Below are positions 36,960 to 52,986 of a stretch of 64,000 nt of DNA, piece after piece. The DNA comes from Bilabrum cf. latius (taxonomy: Eukaryota). The translations under genes were made by a program, and so were the position numbers. The notes beneath the pieces are model-generated. The model had not been told where the DNA came from. It saw only the letters and a program-made list of their open reading frames with translations, and made no database searches. Where the stretch lies: NCBI GenBank assembly GCA_965178125.1, contig OZ237736.1:1-64000 (forward strand). Reading direction: 5' to 3'. Each line of letters opens with the position of its first letter. Position 1 is the stretch's first letter.

Positions 36960-37434
36960 TCATGCTTCCTAAATCGACTAATTCAGCATTCGAATCCGAA
37001 TGGAGCTCAATTCTAGCATGGTTAGTTGAGATTGACCTTGACGACGGCAAGCACTGCGCGAGGGGCGTTGAGGGGAATCAGATCGTTCAGTACGGGAGCC
37101 AATGCTACCAAGTATATGCAGGCAAGACATAGTGCTTACTATGTCATTCTATTCACCGCGACCGATGGACACTGGCGATGATTCTAGCTCGAAGACAACG
37201 TCCGGCCCTTGCAAGACGGCAATAACAGCGTCAGCCATCGGTGGAAATATTACAATTAATACAATTTATTCTAATCAATATTGAGTCACGAGCATTATTC
37301 CGGTAGGATGCTATGCGTTTCGCAAGCACTGTTTCAAACGGCCAAAGCTGCAGAGCAGTGCAATGCATCAAAGATGCACTGCATTGCATACAGCTTCATC
37401 CTGGACAGGAATCATTTTCAGTCCATTGTCGCTG

Positions 37435-38874
37435 ATGCAGCACCCTTCAGTACGGTCTGGCACAAGTGGTCTCAAAATTTCATCAAGTGGTAGTGCGGGG
37501 CTAGACAAAGCGATCGGTGGAGGTGTTCCTTTGGGCTCACTGTTTGCGATTGTCGTCGATGGCTCATTGGGCTGGCAACTCGCTGAACCAGTGGTTAGAA
37601 GCATGATCACACAATCATCAGCCACTGGATAGCATGTCACAGTGGTTGGCGACGTAGATTGCTTGCGAAGATTGCGAGATAACTTGCCAATGCCGACTGC
37701 ATTAGATGTTGAGGACAGCTCAAAACCTTACCAAGAGCCCAAGCTTCGTGTCGCGTGGCAGTACAGCTAGTACATAAGCAAGGGGAGAGTGTCAGCTGGA
37801 ATTCAGGCTTCCCGACGCGGTGGGGCAGTTCCAATGGATCTCGGCCGTGCGTGGGGCTGCTCCGCGGGATCAGCGAGCGGTGCGGAGGAGCAGACCGATG
37901 AGCAGCTGCTATCCGCCATTCAATGGTTGAGTGTGAGCAAATTAGTCTCAATGTCTCTCTGTGAGTAGCCTGTTTATGTTGCTTCACGGCAGAAGGGTGG
38001 AGGAGTAGCGGAGGTAGCTCGCTCGCACAGTAGACTCTGTCTGCTGTGCCACCAGGCGGTTCAGGCGGTAAAGGAGCGCGTGGCGCAGTCCTAGAAGGAA
38101 CCCGGAATCCCATCAAGGGTAGTGATTTTGGTAAATCCGCCCGGACGATCCGCTGGGGTTGGCGGTGCATCTCTCGAGTCCTCTGCTTGGGTCCCGTGGC
38201 TAGCCGCCCGAGCTCGTCGCGCTACGTCTGGCTCGGCGGTCTCTGTAATTATCGTGTTGTGCAGTCGTGCGGATGGTGTTAGTCGGGGCATGGACCGGGC
38301 AATCGCCAGGTCTTGCCAGTGTGCACACACAGTCACATCGATCTCCCACAAGCGCGACCCCGCTACAGGGAGCATTGGCAGCTGGCTTGTGCCGTGCGGG
38401 GAAGGACCGGAGTGGAGACTGCATGGTAAGACTGGCAGTGGAGCCGACAAGAAGCCTTCGTCGAGTCGATCCTCCGGAGAAGCGTCCGATGCCGCAGCGA
38501 AGGCCGTGTCGCGAGCAGCAGCGGCGGCAGTGTCTGCCCTCTCTGAGGTCTCGAGCACTGCCCAGGCTGCAGGCTCCGGGCCTGCGAAAGATTCATCGCG
38601 CTCCAACCCAAAGCTTCGAGCGTCTGATGGTTTGCTGTTAGTTTGGCGATCACACTGGGGGTACACGGCTAGGCCAACCCACGGCGGGGACAGCGTGGCT
38701 AGTGGTCGGGCCTGGGAGGTGTGGGTCTCTAAGCGTCGCTTGCGTATCGAGAGGCTCCGGCTTGGCGTATCCGAGGAGGAACCCAAGCGAGACAGCTCAA
38801 AGCCTGCTGCGGAGACGACCGACCCGGCTGCAATAAGTCGCAGCATTGCCCACGGGGCGTCGCAAGAGTTTTAA
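37435..38874 (+). CDS. ELP4: Elongator complex subunit 4
   Basis: HPSVRSG..SSGSAGLDKAIGGGVPLGSL, LRVAWQY, KRRLRIERL, C-terminal QEF-TAA. Confidence 0.82.
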
Positions 38875-39274
38875 GCACATCATTTTCACTCGTCATACAA
38901 TCCTAAAACAAACAAAGTGTACGCGACGAGCACGCCGGGATGGTGATCTTGTAGATACAGGTGTCTGCCTGCACCCAGAACCCGTCCAGCTGCTTCTACA
39001 ACCGGGATTCCCTGCAACCCTTCCCCTCGGACCCAGCCGAGGCCCACGGAACTCGAGGAGAGCATGCTGCTCTACCCCAGCAGCGAGGACGACCCACGAG
39101 ACTACCTTCCCCCCGAATCGGCTCTCTTGGCCAGCTGGTTCACGGTGAGCGCGCTGCACACGAGCTGCACGGGGGAGGGGCGGTGTTTTCGCGGTCCGGT
39201 GCCAAGATCCCACCTACCCCCTCTGACAGGGTGGCGGCCATACCCAGCCGAGGATCGACTCTCGGAAACACGAT

Positions 39275-42200
39275 TCACCCGATTGCACAGGACGGAAGCA
39301 CAGAGAATAATCCAGCACTTTCCTCCACAACAATAGAGTCTACATCTACGGGCTCGTCTCGATCTATCCTCCTCGGGAACAGGTCCTGGATGCGGGCGTC
39401 CTTCACGTCACGGCGCACGTAAAACAGTAGGTAGCCGTGCCTTGTCTGCACTTCGTCGGGGGGCATAGTGTGCACCTTGGAGTCGTTATGTGCTGCCCAC
39501 TGCCCATCATCACCGCGCACATATGCCACATAATGACCACCGCCCATAACCCCGAAGTGGTTTACGATACCCTGCAGGTCGTACAGGCAGTCGCTGCGAC
39601 GAAGGAGCGTCGGGACCTCGGGCTCCTCCACATCGATACCATCAGTACTTGCAACGTGAGGCTTGTCCGAGGACACGCTTGCCCCAGACCGAGCCGGTTG
39701 CACCCCAGCCATTCTGCCTCCCAGTCGGCGCCACTCCTCAAGTTGCGGGGGCGGGGCCTCCAATTGATCACGAGGCATAAAGGGATCAAGGTGCAGCCCA
39801 TCGAGCTGGAAGGTGACAAGGTTCTCCAGTTTCCTGTTGCCAAACTGGCTGTGCTTAAATCTCTTTAGCTGGATCACTAGCACTGGAGGCACTCGCCACA
39901 CCTCGAGGCGCTTCGTATGCCTGCGAAGCTCCACATTGTCGTGCACCCGGCTGCAGCGAGGGCAGAACTGCTCATCGTCGAGCTGCTCGGGCCTACTGAA
40001 ACTGTCAAAGCAGCGCGCAATCGAAAGCGGCTAGTCCCTTTCTCGAATGTGCCGTTGCACGGTAGGGTGGACATCCATGCGCTAAGCAGCCGCTGCGTCC
40101 AGAGCCCTGTTCCGCAGCAACGGGCTCCAGTCAACAGTAAGCACCTCATTGTCCAGGATGAAACAGCCTCCGGTCGCATTAAGCGCGCGAGCAGGCTCGC
40201 TCGATTCAACTGTATCTGGCATGGCAATAGCAGCGCAAATCTGGGATCGTAACTCCGCGTCGCGTACCTCTCTCAGCACCTTGCGCGGGCGGCTCACTTC
40301 AACCAGTCCGGATGCCGACACACGCTCGGTACCTTCCGCGACAGGAGCACTACCGGGGTCTTCCGCCGCCCCCTCCGAAATGCGGCAGTCCTTCACGATG
40401 TATTGCGGCACGTTCAATTTCATTGACCACCGCCCGAGGGTTTTGCCGTGCCACGGATGCAAAACCTCGCACTCAGATCGGTGCTCGTGCCACGCGAGCT
40501 TGCGACCGAGCTCACTAAAACCAGTCTCTCGCCTGATGCAGAAGCCCCACGTGTTCACAATATCAACGGGAGTCATCGAATCGGTGCCAATCGCCTCGTC
40601 CCAGTCGACCGATACAGTCTCAGAACGCAGCAACACCCATCCATCCGGGCGCTCAGACGTATCGCTACTCGACGTTTGCTAACCACTTGGCGGGACAGAC
40701 CCAAGTTGTCCATGTGCTGGCGATCCAGATTCGTGGTCCGAGCCATAGTCAGGTGCACTTGCCTCTTCGGATTGCTCCTTTGGAACCCAGTGCTGTTCGA
40801 CAGTCTAAACCATCACCTGTGCATGCAGACAAGCATTTGGCGGCTCCTCCCGCCGGCTCCGTCTGACGTAACGAGAGGTTGCAAACCACACATAACGGTA
40901 CAAGTCCGCAGCTGAGAGTCTTTCCCTTGGAATCCGAGTAGACAGCGGTAGGTCGCACGGGGTGTACGCGCTTTCGTTCAAGAACCACCGCCGGATCGGT
41001 TCCATTCTGCGGAACTGCAGCCACACCTGCGTTGGTCGCTGCGGGACGACATCGACAAACCTCGACGCGACTCCCTTGACAACTCGCCGGGTCTAGGCAG
41101 TCAGGAGCTCAAAGGTGCCATCCGCGTGCCTTGCCCTCACGATGCACTCGATTTGCTGGGCCACGCCTTGGGAGACTTGCAGCGTTGCCAAGACCCTCGC
41201 ATTCCTCTCCACGTGAACCTTGAGCTCTCCCAGCCCAGAGGATTGCGCCGCTGAGACATCCTGCTTGCTCTACACTTGCCAACACGCAAGAGTTCGGCCC
41301 TCTGGATGCCTACTCAACGGCTCTGAATCAGATATGGCTCGGGTTGACACCACCGACTAAAACACGGCTGGGGTAATGACCATTTCGTCGAGCGATAAAC
41401 GAGGCAGCTGGACCTTGCTGCCGATTTCATCGCCAGCTCCAGACTTCGTTGCCACAGGCACGTAGTTGCCGTTCGCAATGGCAGACTTAAGGTCCCCAAA
41501 CGTTCCATGCAAGGGAACATTAACAGATACCTCGACCGGGGTCGCTCCATGCAGCATACCTCCGCTGGATTCCCACCACCGAAGATTCGGCACGCTCCCA
41601 TCGGACTCATCAGCCCCTGCGCCCGATGACGGCTGGGCCTGCGCGAGCGCGCCTTGCCAGAATACCTAGATTCGTATTGGGCGCTTGCTAGGCTCTGGTA
41701 GAGGAAGGGATAGAGCTGTGAACACTTCGTACGTGCATCGCTCATTCCCACAACGACAACAGCGCAACGTAGACCGAAACTGCCCCGTAAAGAGGGATGT
41801 GAGCACGGACTTTTCTCGCTGCAGGTGATTGCACCACCACTCGTTCGCAACAACGTCATCTGGGCGACCGTTACTGTCAGGCTGCTCAATGTAAGGCTTC
41901 TTCTAGTTGCGGTTTAGTTCCTCGGCCAATGTTGACATCATCGCATCAAGCAGTTCCATTGCATCCTGTTGCCGAGTAGTGCCGAAATCTGCTCGGACAC
42001 GCGTCAGTACTGCTCTGAGCTGCCTCGGAGTGATTGATGTACTAGAGCGAGCCCATATCTCAGCACAGAGCGAAGCAAATGCGACCGACATGCGCCCTCC
42101 CTGTCCGAACGGGGCTTCCAAGTTCAAGTCCCACGCGTACTCACCCGAGAGAAAGTAGTCTCTCAAGAGGCGGATATGGGAGAGGCACTGCACCGCTGCA

Positions 42201-45104
42201 TTTGCATAGCAAGTGTTCCCTTGGTTGTACAAGCCAACGCGGCCATCGCCCACCTGCAAAGGCTACCATTTCGAAGACCCGGGCACGGCCACTGGTTGTG
42301 GCGCTGCACCAGGATCGTGCGATGCAGGCTTTGGCCCGCTTGTTCCTGGTACTCCACTCGAGGAGCCAGCCTTTTCATCATCCCAACCCCCGAGCGGCCA
42401 TCCTCCTTCGAGGTTCTTTCGCTCTAGCAACACCTCGAACACATCAGGAACCTGCAGCTGGTGCATGTACACGGGGCTAGGGTGCTCGCCAGCACTGACG
42501 CGCAACTGCTTCATCGGGCGCCATTTGCCTCCTGCTGTCGATACCTATGCCTAGTCAACCAAAGCAGCGCACGGCGATGATTGGTCAACCTCTGTCCTCC
42601 ACCACAGCCTCGCGTCAAGGCTTGCCCTGTTCAGCCCGCCAGACGTAACAGAGCGAGCAGAAGATACTGGATCTGCGAGGGCCATCAAGTCGGCGGAGGA
42701 GGCCAGCTTGGAAGCTCGGACAAAATGCCCGCCTGGAATCGCCTGACCGTCCTTCCCGACTATCCTGACGCAGACGAAAGGAGGATGGAACTCTAGCTCA
42801 GATGAAATGGGGTCGGCAGCCCCTCTCTGAGGTGCACTTGCGGTCGAACTAGTAGCCACAGCATCAGATGGGACAACTAACTTGGGTACCACTCCCCTGC
42901 CCAAAGTAGTGTCTGCTCCATACCAACTAGAAAGAGCACTCCAAGCACGACGAGGCAGCATTACCACGTCCTTGCCAGCCTCCAATCCATGCTGCATCAG
43001 CACTGACTTAGGGACACGAAGAAGTCCCGCGTTCTCAATAGGCCCTGGTGCCTCAACAATCACAGCACTACTGGCTTGTCGCTACATCATTGCGGATTGA
43101 GCTGCATCGCCATCGCTGGATTCGTCCTGACCGCTGGCGCCCATGCTGAAATCGACGTAAGCTGCCCAAGATTTCCACCACGCCGGGTTGACAGCAAACC
43201 ACTCGTCTCCTGGCTAGCCACAGCTATACTCGCTGAATCGCTTGAAGCAGGCCTCCAAGCAGGTTCGTTGCTATTGAGTCGTGGCTGGAATCACACCAGC
43301 GTCAACACACACGGCAGTCCCAACAGCAATGGCTACATCAAGCGCCTGTGGCCACTTGCGACAGAGAGAGTGCACGCTGCTTGCCTTCCAAGCCTTTCCG
43401 GGTGACTCTTCCACGAGATCACACACGTGTTTCAGTACAGCTGATTTTTCTCGGGGCCACTTCGATTCCGCCTCCGAAACACGCACGGGGAAGCACCAAC
43501 CCATGGGGAGATCGACCGCTCCTGACCTCCTGCACTCTCTTAGCATCCAAGTTGCGAAGATGAACTCCTGCAGTCGAGTCCACGACACCTCCTCCGGTGG
43601 GCGGGACCCCGCAGTAGTGCCTTGAACGATGCGCAATGTGGCCTCGACGTGCACCTGCATCGAGTCTCCCATGCACAGGGCAAGTAGGGACAGGAGAGAC
43701 TTCTCAGAGGCGGCGGTTCCACCAGCGGGATCACAGGCGGACACGACCAACCGGATTAGCTGTGCGGGCAGGCTTCCGGCCGGTTGAGCACCGCGGGAGC
43801 TTGCCAGCTTCTGTGAAAGTGGCGACGAAGCCAGGGAAGATCTTTTTTGGCCACTAGTTGGGCAGATGCATTGCTTCTTCTCTGCACCGAACTGTCCCAC
43901 GATAGCGGCTACAGTGGCGGGGTCTAGCATCCCCGTTGCGCTCTTGCGCCGTGCCTGCTGAATGCGATGCTTAATCCCATGCAGCTGCATGGCAGGCAGA
44001 CCTGCTTCATTGGCAGCATCGAGCGCAGACCCTTCATCCTCAAGCGAGAGCTGCCTTAGCCCCCCGAGCACGGGGTTGGGCAGCAGGCACTCGATCAGGT
44101 GGTCGACCCAGCCGAGCAGTGGGGACCTTCGGAGCCGGTGTGACTCGGAAGTCACCTCGTGCTAGGGCTGCCCGGGGAAGCTGGGAGCCCCTGGCGTGCC
44201 CTGAGGAGGGAACTTTGCATCTGCAAGAGGTGGTACTGTGGACTGGGGCGCGACGGCACGCGACTGGTCATCAGGCCCGACGTGCTCCGGGGACAGTCCG
44301 CCCCTGTCTTTTGCTGCCCAGGCTGCTGTTGCCGCGTACGATTCCGTTGAGGCATCTGCACTTCGGTGAGGCCGCAATGGAGCGGCTGCCCACTCCCGGA
44401 AAGTTGCATAATCCAACGTACCGTTCTTTTGAATGCCGAGCCACGCGAACACCTCAGCCACAGCAGCGGCATTCGCATCGCTTTCATGGGCCGATATTGA
44501 CGACGTGCCATACTTTGCGTACATTCGCACACATTCGAGATCGGCAAAACTTGCTTTTCTGGACTGGAGGCCTCCAGAAGACACAGAGCCAGACCCAAGA
44601 GCTGCGGCTGTAATTGCCAGAAACGTAAACTGCAGCCGAAGCTCCAAATTACCGCGCATGAGGATTGCGCACGCGCACACGAAGTCTTCAAGATGTAAGT
44701 CCTAGCCTCCAAGAGTTGCGCTAAGAAAAGCTCGTTTGCCTAATTCAGCCGGCTGCAAAACGTAATTGAGATCAATAGGTTGCTAGACAGTGTTCATTTG
44801 CCGGCGCTACCGCGATCAAGTTGCGCAAGCATATGCCTCACAAACATTGGATATTCCGATAGAACCTCTTGCTACCAAGTTGGGTACCGCATTGCTGACA
44901 ATCCGTGTGGGCCCTCGCACAACCGGCGAAAGCATTCTTGGTACCGTGCTAGCAGATCAGGCCCAAGCATGGATTGAGCTTCCTCAAAGCTGCGATATAG
45001 ATTGAATAGGGCGACACTATCAAATGGCAAGGCGCACGCAGCCAGATTCGTGGGCACTATTTGCCAGGGCCGTACCTCAGTAGTTTGCTCGGAGTTGTGC
45101 CCAT
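39275..45104 (-). CDS. USP32: USP32-like deubiquitinase (EF-hand N-terminus, DUSP, split USP domain, C-terminal CaaX-like CAIG); two 5' introns
   Basis: MGTTPSKLLSFEEA..., DUSP WFAVNPAWWKSW/PGPIENAGL, Cys box GLYNQGNTCY, QQDAMEL, His box NHFGVMGGGHY; fragments join via TAG. Confidence 0.88.
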
Positions 45105-45382
45105 GTTGCCTAGCCAATTATGAAGGTCAGGTATTCCAAAGAGTCGGATAAAGAAATTTAATCTGTATTGTAGCGTATACGCCAGATCCTATGCTAGTGC
45201 GATCTTCAAATAGGAGCAATTGAAGCAGATAAGATTGATTTCGGAAAGGAGCAAATCCCGTCAGAAGAGAAGGAGAACGAATATTCGAAAGCAAGGAGCA
45301 ATGGTACTGGCAAGCATGAAGGGCATCGGGCGAAGGTAGGCCCCATCTGGCATGCTGTCCTCCAGCACTAATGCACGAGGCA

Positions 45383-48205
45383 TCACCCTTTCTTTCGCTT
45401 TGACTTCTTCTTCGATTTACGTTTCTGCTGCTGTCCTGGGCTCGTGCCCACTCCACCCGCAGCACCACCCAATAACAGTAGTGATGAGGTTTGCTCAGTG
45501 TCTTTGATGGCTCGCCCAGATTCCCTCAAAATTGCTACTGGCTGCGAGCCGCTGGGCCGACTTGCATCCTACTATCGAAGCTAGGTCTATCCCGCGGTGC
45601 CATATCCAGCTTCCCAGCGGCTGGTAGGCCGAGCAGGCATGGCTAGAATGCTACCTGCTGCCGATGCCCTAGGCGAGTTGCTTGCGAAGCCCAGTCCGGG
45701 CGGCGGCCTGCCATGCGCCACACCTGCGCTTATACCGGTGGGGGGCAGGCCGAGACCTGGCGGTGGACCCCTAGCGGCGATAGGGCCCGGCCTCGCGCGT
45801 GGCTGCGTCGCTTGATCACCTGCCGCAGCCAGGCGTGTCACCATGGCTTGGGTGCTTCCAGTCCTTGCCTGCGCAGCCGGCACAAATGGTCGTGCGTGCA
45901 CCGAAATCCCTGGAGTGGAACTGACTACTTGCCCCGAAGCTGCGCTTCCAGCAGCCGCCCTGCTGGCAGCACCCCCCGTGGCACTTGTTGCAGCCGCCCT
46001 GCTGGCAGCACCCCCCGTGGCACTTGTTGCAGCCGCCCTGCTGGCAGCACCCCCAGTGGCACGTACAATCCCATTTGCCTGCTCAGCTGTGCCCGAGCTC
46101 CCGCTTGCCCCCTTACCGGTAGATCCAGGGTCAGCCACTGCCGTGCTATTGCTTGCAGCCGCTGCCTCGCGGGTCCGCAGGAGACGCTTGGCATGCTCCA
46201 GGTGCGCCTGCCGCGCGCTTTCAGCCTGCGCACACGCGATGAAAGCAGCATACGCCGCTCGGTGGACGGCAGCATCCGTTGATATCTTGGCCAAGCTCCT
46301 CAACAGCAGCATGGCTGCCTTGGCTCCCAGCTGCCGCTTCATGTCAAAGAGCAAATGGTCAACGGCTTGGGATGAAGAGCTACCGCGCCGCACCTCTCTA
46401 GAGGACTGGGTAGTCGCAAGTGACGAAGCCGGCTCAGCTTCCGACCAAGGGCCACGGGCAGGTTCAACGCCAGCTACCTCAAGGATTAGCCGATGAAAGC
46501 GCCGCCTGGCTGAGGCAGCGTCCAACTCGCTGTCCAGAGTGCCGGCCTTGGCTGCTGCCTGGCAAGGCAGACCAACTCGCATCCACAGCTCCTGCTGCAG
46601 TGCTTCCTGCTCCCGCCTTGGCACGCTCGCGTGCCCAGACGCAGCGCCACCCTTTTGCGTGCTCTTACCCTTACCCTTTGCCCCCTTTCTACTCTTCCTC
46701 CCTTTCCTGCCCTTGCTTTTCCTGTCCGGCACAGGGTCTGCCATCAAGGCCTGCATCAGCCCGTTTCCACCACCCGGCGCACTGCGACCAAGGGAAGGCC
46801 ACGGGAGCATGCTCTCGGGGGCCACGGGTGGGGCATCAGGCGGTAGCAGCGGACTCGTACTGGCATTATCGCTATATCCAGGGGCAGCTCCAGGCGCTGC
46901 CGCAGCCAAGTCAGGCAATCGCCCCGCGTCACTCTCCCAGATCGCCCGTGCGACGTCTGTGGCGTCCTCAACCGCACTGCGCACACTGCTGTCCCCAACA
47001 CGACCCGTCCCATGCTCAGACAGACTGGCAGACGCTGCCGCTGGTGCTGCTACAGTCCCCGCAGATGACCCCCTGCTCCCGGGCTTCCGCCCTCCTTCTG
47101 CCGAGCGTCGCGCAATGGATCCATCAGTGCCAAGCTGGATCGCCCGTCCTGTGTGCGGCGTGAACAGCACGCTGGGAGCTCCTGCACGACGATGTCCGCG
47201 GTCCCCGCCAGCGCGTCGGTACCCGTGCGCTTCGCCTTCGCCATGGGCAGCAAACGCGATGCGAGGCGGAGGGGCGCCGTGCACCTCGTGCGCGTGTGCC
47301 TCCAGCTGGTAGGACGTGGCAAAGGCTGCGTGCGGGTCTTCCCTGCACCCTGGATGACCACACCGGTAGTGAACATCGGCCTAGTGCCGCATCAGCGTGC
47401 GATGATTCGAAAAATAGCGCCGGTCCGGGTCGTGCTCGCTCCCAGACGCCACCCCAGCTGCGTGCGCCGCGGCCAGACAGACACGGCAGGCGACGTGCTC
47501 GCGCTCCAGGTGTGCGAACAGTTCATCACTGTGCATGAAACCCAATCGGCAGAGCCCACAATATGGGTGAGGGGGGATTGGGGCCACCCCATCCAGCTCG
47601 GGGTCGCCTCTGACGTTGTGGTCGGCCAGGCTGTCTCGGGTGTATGTCCGCTGCTCACACAGCAGCTGCTAGCGACCAGCCAAGCACACATCGCACCAAT
47701 ATCGACCATGGACTTTGCGCAAGTGAGATCGAAGCTAGTCGAGTGCGGATTGCGCACTCGCGCGCTTGCTATGTCTTCGGCCATCCCCCGCCCCGCGCCG
47801 TCCTCCGGCGGGTTCCGACAGGACATGGCGCCTACATATGGGACACACAACACCAATCTCCCCATTAACTGATGCACGCAATTCTGCTGATGACACCAGT
47901 ATCCGTATTCTAGAGTACTCGGCTCGCGGCCTGCCCGACGACGACAGCACCAGCAATGCCTTGTCACACTCAAGCAACGAGCTTGCAACTGCCGAACGAA
48001 ACGGGTTTGGCGATTCATGGTGCTTGCTATCTGTTTGGACTAACGCTATGGAGGCTATGGGATTTTTGCAGACCGGACAACCGGGAAATGCACTCGAGCT
48101 CTGCAGCCTCACGAGGCACCTCCAGCACACGTCATTGTGACCGCATTCAAGGAGAGCAATCGAGTCTTGCGGCTCGCAGCACAAAATGCACTCTGCATGT
48201 TCCAT
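45383..48205 (-). CDS. ZNF598: ZNF598/Hel2 ribosome-quality-control RING E3 ligase
   Basis: RING CILC..CGHNDVCWRC..CPVC, C2H2 fingers, GD..HPYCGLC..DELFAHLEREHVAC; TAG read-through to a Lys-rich end and TGA at 45383. Confidence 0.87.
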
Positions 48206-49014
48206 CAGCAAGCAGTCAGATTTGCTGCTTATCCTAGAAGCCTCCTCCTGGACGATGCAAAGTTGTGGTTCTGGCGACCACAGTATTGGCAGTGCACTGC
48301 ATCTCCAAAAAAGAAAAAACACGATTTGCTATCCACATTCGCGACAGCCCCGTCCATCGTATGATTCACGGCACCTCTTAAACGTGGGTACGCATGGCAT
48401 CTGCAAGTGCAAAGGCTGCGGTGGACAGGCCAGACATTCAAAAGGCGCTGCAAAGTGCAGTGAGCCAATCGCTTGCAAAGCTGCGGTAGCAAGAGATCGG
48501 TTCGCCTCCCACTGCAGGGGCAGCAATACACAATGGACTACCGATAGATGTAGAGGCTCGCTCCAGTGGAACGACCGGCTTAGGCCGGGCGAGCGCGCCG
48601 GCGGTTCGATAGCAGCGCGCTATCGTTGTTGCTGAGCCAGGCGCCACGATACTTTGGGGGGCAAGACTCATTTGGGGAACCTCAACGTACCAATTGGGTA
48701 GGTACTACTCGTATGCAGAAGCTCGAACGGCATTAGATGCTGCTTTGCTGCATGCAACGGCACAGCATGCCAGCATTGCCAGCAGGGAGGCTGGCGAAAC
48801 CTCCGATCGCCGAGCTGCCGCGGGACCATCACATCCATTCGGAGGCGTGTTTGCCATTCGAATACCAACCCCGGTGGTTGCAATCGACTTAAACGTGAAA
48901 TGAACTCAGACTAAAGTTGACTGTGTGTGGATCAGAGAAAACGTGTGCGACTGCTTTTCACACCATTAGACCTCTTGAGCTGACCCAAACTGTTTGTAGG
49001 ATTCATGGCTGCCT

Positions 49015-50766
<1,752 letters not shown>

Positions 50767-50924
50767 TTAGGTTGAATGCTAGCCGTTCGTGCCTTCGATC
50801 CGTTATCCAATTTGGTAAGGAATCTGGTTTAATGCGTTCGCAGGAATCTGCATTTTAGCTGTTGCGTGTAAATCCAATTTGCAGTAAACCACGTAAAAGC
50901 CGCGCAGGCGGTTACAGAAACAAG

Positions 50925-52848
50925 TTACATGCCTTCAGAACTATACCAGTGCGACCTTACATGTGCACTGGGTGGCTATGGAGGAGTAGCGCTGCTTGCA
51001 GCCCCAGTCAGCACCCTGCTCGATGCTGGTCCAGCAACCTCTCGATACCCTCCAATCGAGCCAGAGAGAAGGTTCTATCGCCCTGTTACACGTGATATCA
51101 CCCCAGAAGAGCCTGCTATGCTGGACTCCGCCTGGTCTGGACGAGTTCCCGACGGCCCAGTGGAGTCTGGCAACGCTGCAGCTGGCTTCAGCCTGCGCTC
51201 CTTCATGACAAGGATGCTGACCAGTTTTGAACCCTTAACACTGCGTGCCGTGGTCTTCTCGTACCTCTACACAACCCTGACGCGGCTGTTGGGTCCCTCT
51301 AGGGTGATTGACTCGAGCACTAGCAGAGCCCCGGTGTCTGCGTCCCACGCTCGCACCACAACGGTGCGGTCGTCCTCCTCGCGCGCTTCCACGACTGCTT
51401 TGCCAGTTTGACCAGCAGTAGATCCACGACGGGCCCCTTGCATTCCTGGCGACCCGTGCGTCTGCTCGATGCGAGTGCTGGCACCCGCACCCCTCCTAAC
51501 CACGGCCAGTCCGCGGCTGTCGCCGCTGGCAGCAGTGGAGCCTGCAACAATTGGCTGCACGCCCCCTCCGCTGCTTGTCACAATTTGATCGCTCACACCC
51601 GGAGGAAGGGCGGCAGCGGGTTTAGATGAGGATGGGAGCCTGCGCCCTGCGCCTGCAGCTGCAGAGCTGGCCCAGCCTCCACTGGGTGCCTGGCCGTCCT
51701 CTCCTCGCGATGCGTGCCCGTGGCCCCGTGAATGCCTCTCGCTGTCCTGATCCTCCCGGCGACCCGCCTCGTGGCTCTCCTGGCCCTGCTGGCCCTAGAG
51801 CACGACGGCGCACCGACCGTGGGACACTGGCTGCAGCTGAAGCAGCTGGGCCTGCCGCTGCCAGTCGGGCTGCACGTCCGCTGCTGTGCCGATCTCGCGG
51901 GCTGCTGGGCCGTGGCCGCGACTGTGCCCTGATGATGCCTCCCGTGGGGCTCGGCTGTGCCCGGTCGGCACCGGCGCGAGCCCGCCCGCCTGCGTTGCGA
52001 GCGCTTCAGCCGCACCCCCTCTGGCACCTCCGCCTTGTGCATGCCTCGCCACGAACAGGCCAGGGGCCTCTCCCCCGGCGGTAAGCGCGGCCCCGCGGAT
52101 CCCACGTAGACTCCGTCCCGCCGGGCCCGGGTCAGTCGCACGCACCGGCACAGGTCCTGCGGCTGGAGCTGGCGCTGCCTGCGACTGGCTCCCAGAGGCA
52201 GGGGGCCCGCCTGCCCCCGGCCTCTGCAGCGACCCCCGCCGCACCGGATCACCCACGAAGGTCCGGTCTACCCAGCAGCCCCCTGAGGCAGCCGCCTTGC
52301 TGTCAGAGTCCACGTGCCCCGCGCGATGCTCGCCTGTAGGAGGCAGCACGGAGACCCATGAAACTGCGAGCAAGACGGGAAGGAAGAAAGGAGCGAATGG
52401 AATGCAAGGATGGCCGAAACTGGATTCTGGCCACTGTGGCGCGCATTCTAATGCGGTGCACCCACTCACAATCACTCCGGACGTAGCGAACTTCCGGCTC
52501 GCCCTGGCTACCCTCGGCTCCTGCAACCGGTCCTTTCGACCCGAATGCGTGGAAGGACGCCCACCCCTCCCAGCTGCCCTCCATGGCAGGCAGGGCTCGG
52601 AACCTGAGCCTAAGGGGCCCGCACTCAGTCACCTTTTCGGATAATACTCGCCGCCCATCTCCTTGCACTACATCTGGCCCCATACTCGTGTTGTACGGTG
52701 CGGCATCACCGCCCTCCAACAGCTTTGGCCGAGCGTTCCGGTGTCGGGCGTCGGCGCCAGCCTGCTGCCAGCTGCGGGCGGACCCCTCATCGTGGAGGTC
52801 TACCCCGCTTTCCGCGCTAGTCGAGCGTACCATTGTGGTCGTACCCAT
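50925..52848 (-). CDS. Hypothetical protein, possible beta-barrel (EGSWEGW) with low-complexity insert; exon structure uncertain
   Basis: ORFs 51795-52526 and 51267-51596 join via TAG and end in TAA at 50925; probable intron near 52370-52470. Confidence 0.45.
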
Positions 52849-52986
52849 TCGCAATGTCTGAGGTCTTGCTGCGAATTCCCATCCAACGCCTTGCGATGTT
52901 TCTCGATCAAGTGGAGGCGGCGATCGAACTGATTGGCTCCCTCCGGCAGTAGCTTGCTGCGGTGTTCATGCGAATTCAAGACAGCC

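Noticed and set aside
50929-51411. 160-aa plus-strand ORF and other long antisense ORFs over GC-rich genes
   Set aside because: Shadow frames of opposite-strand genes with no recognisable motifs.
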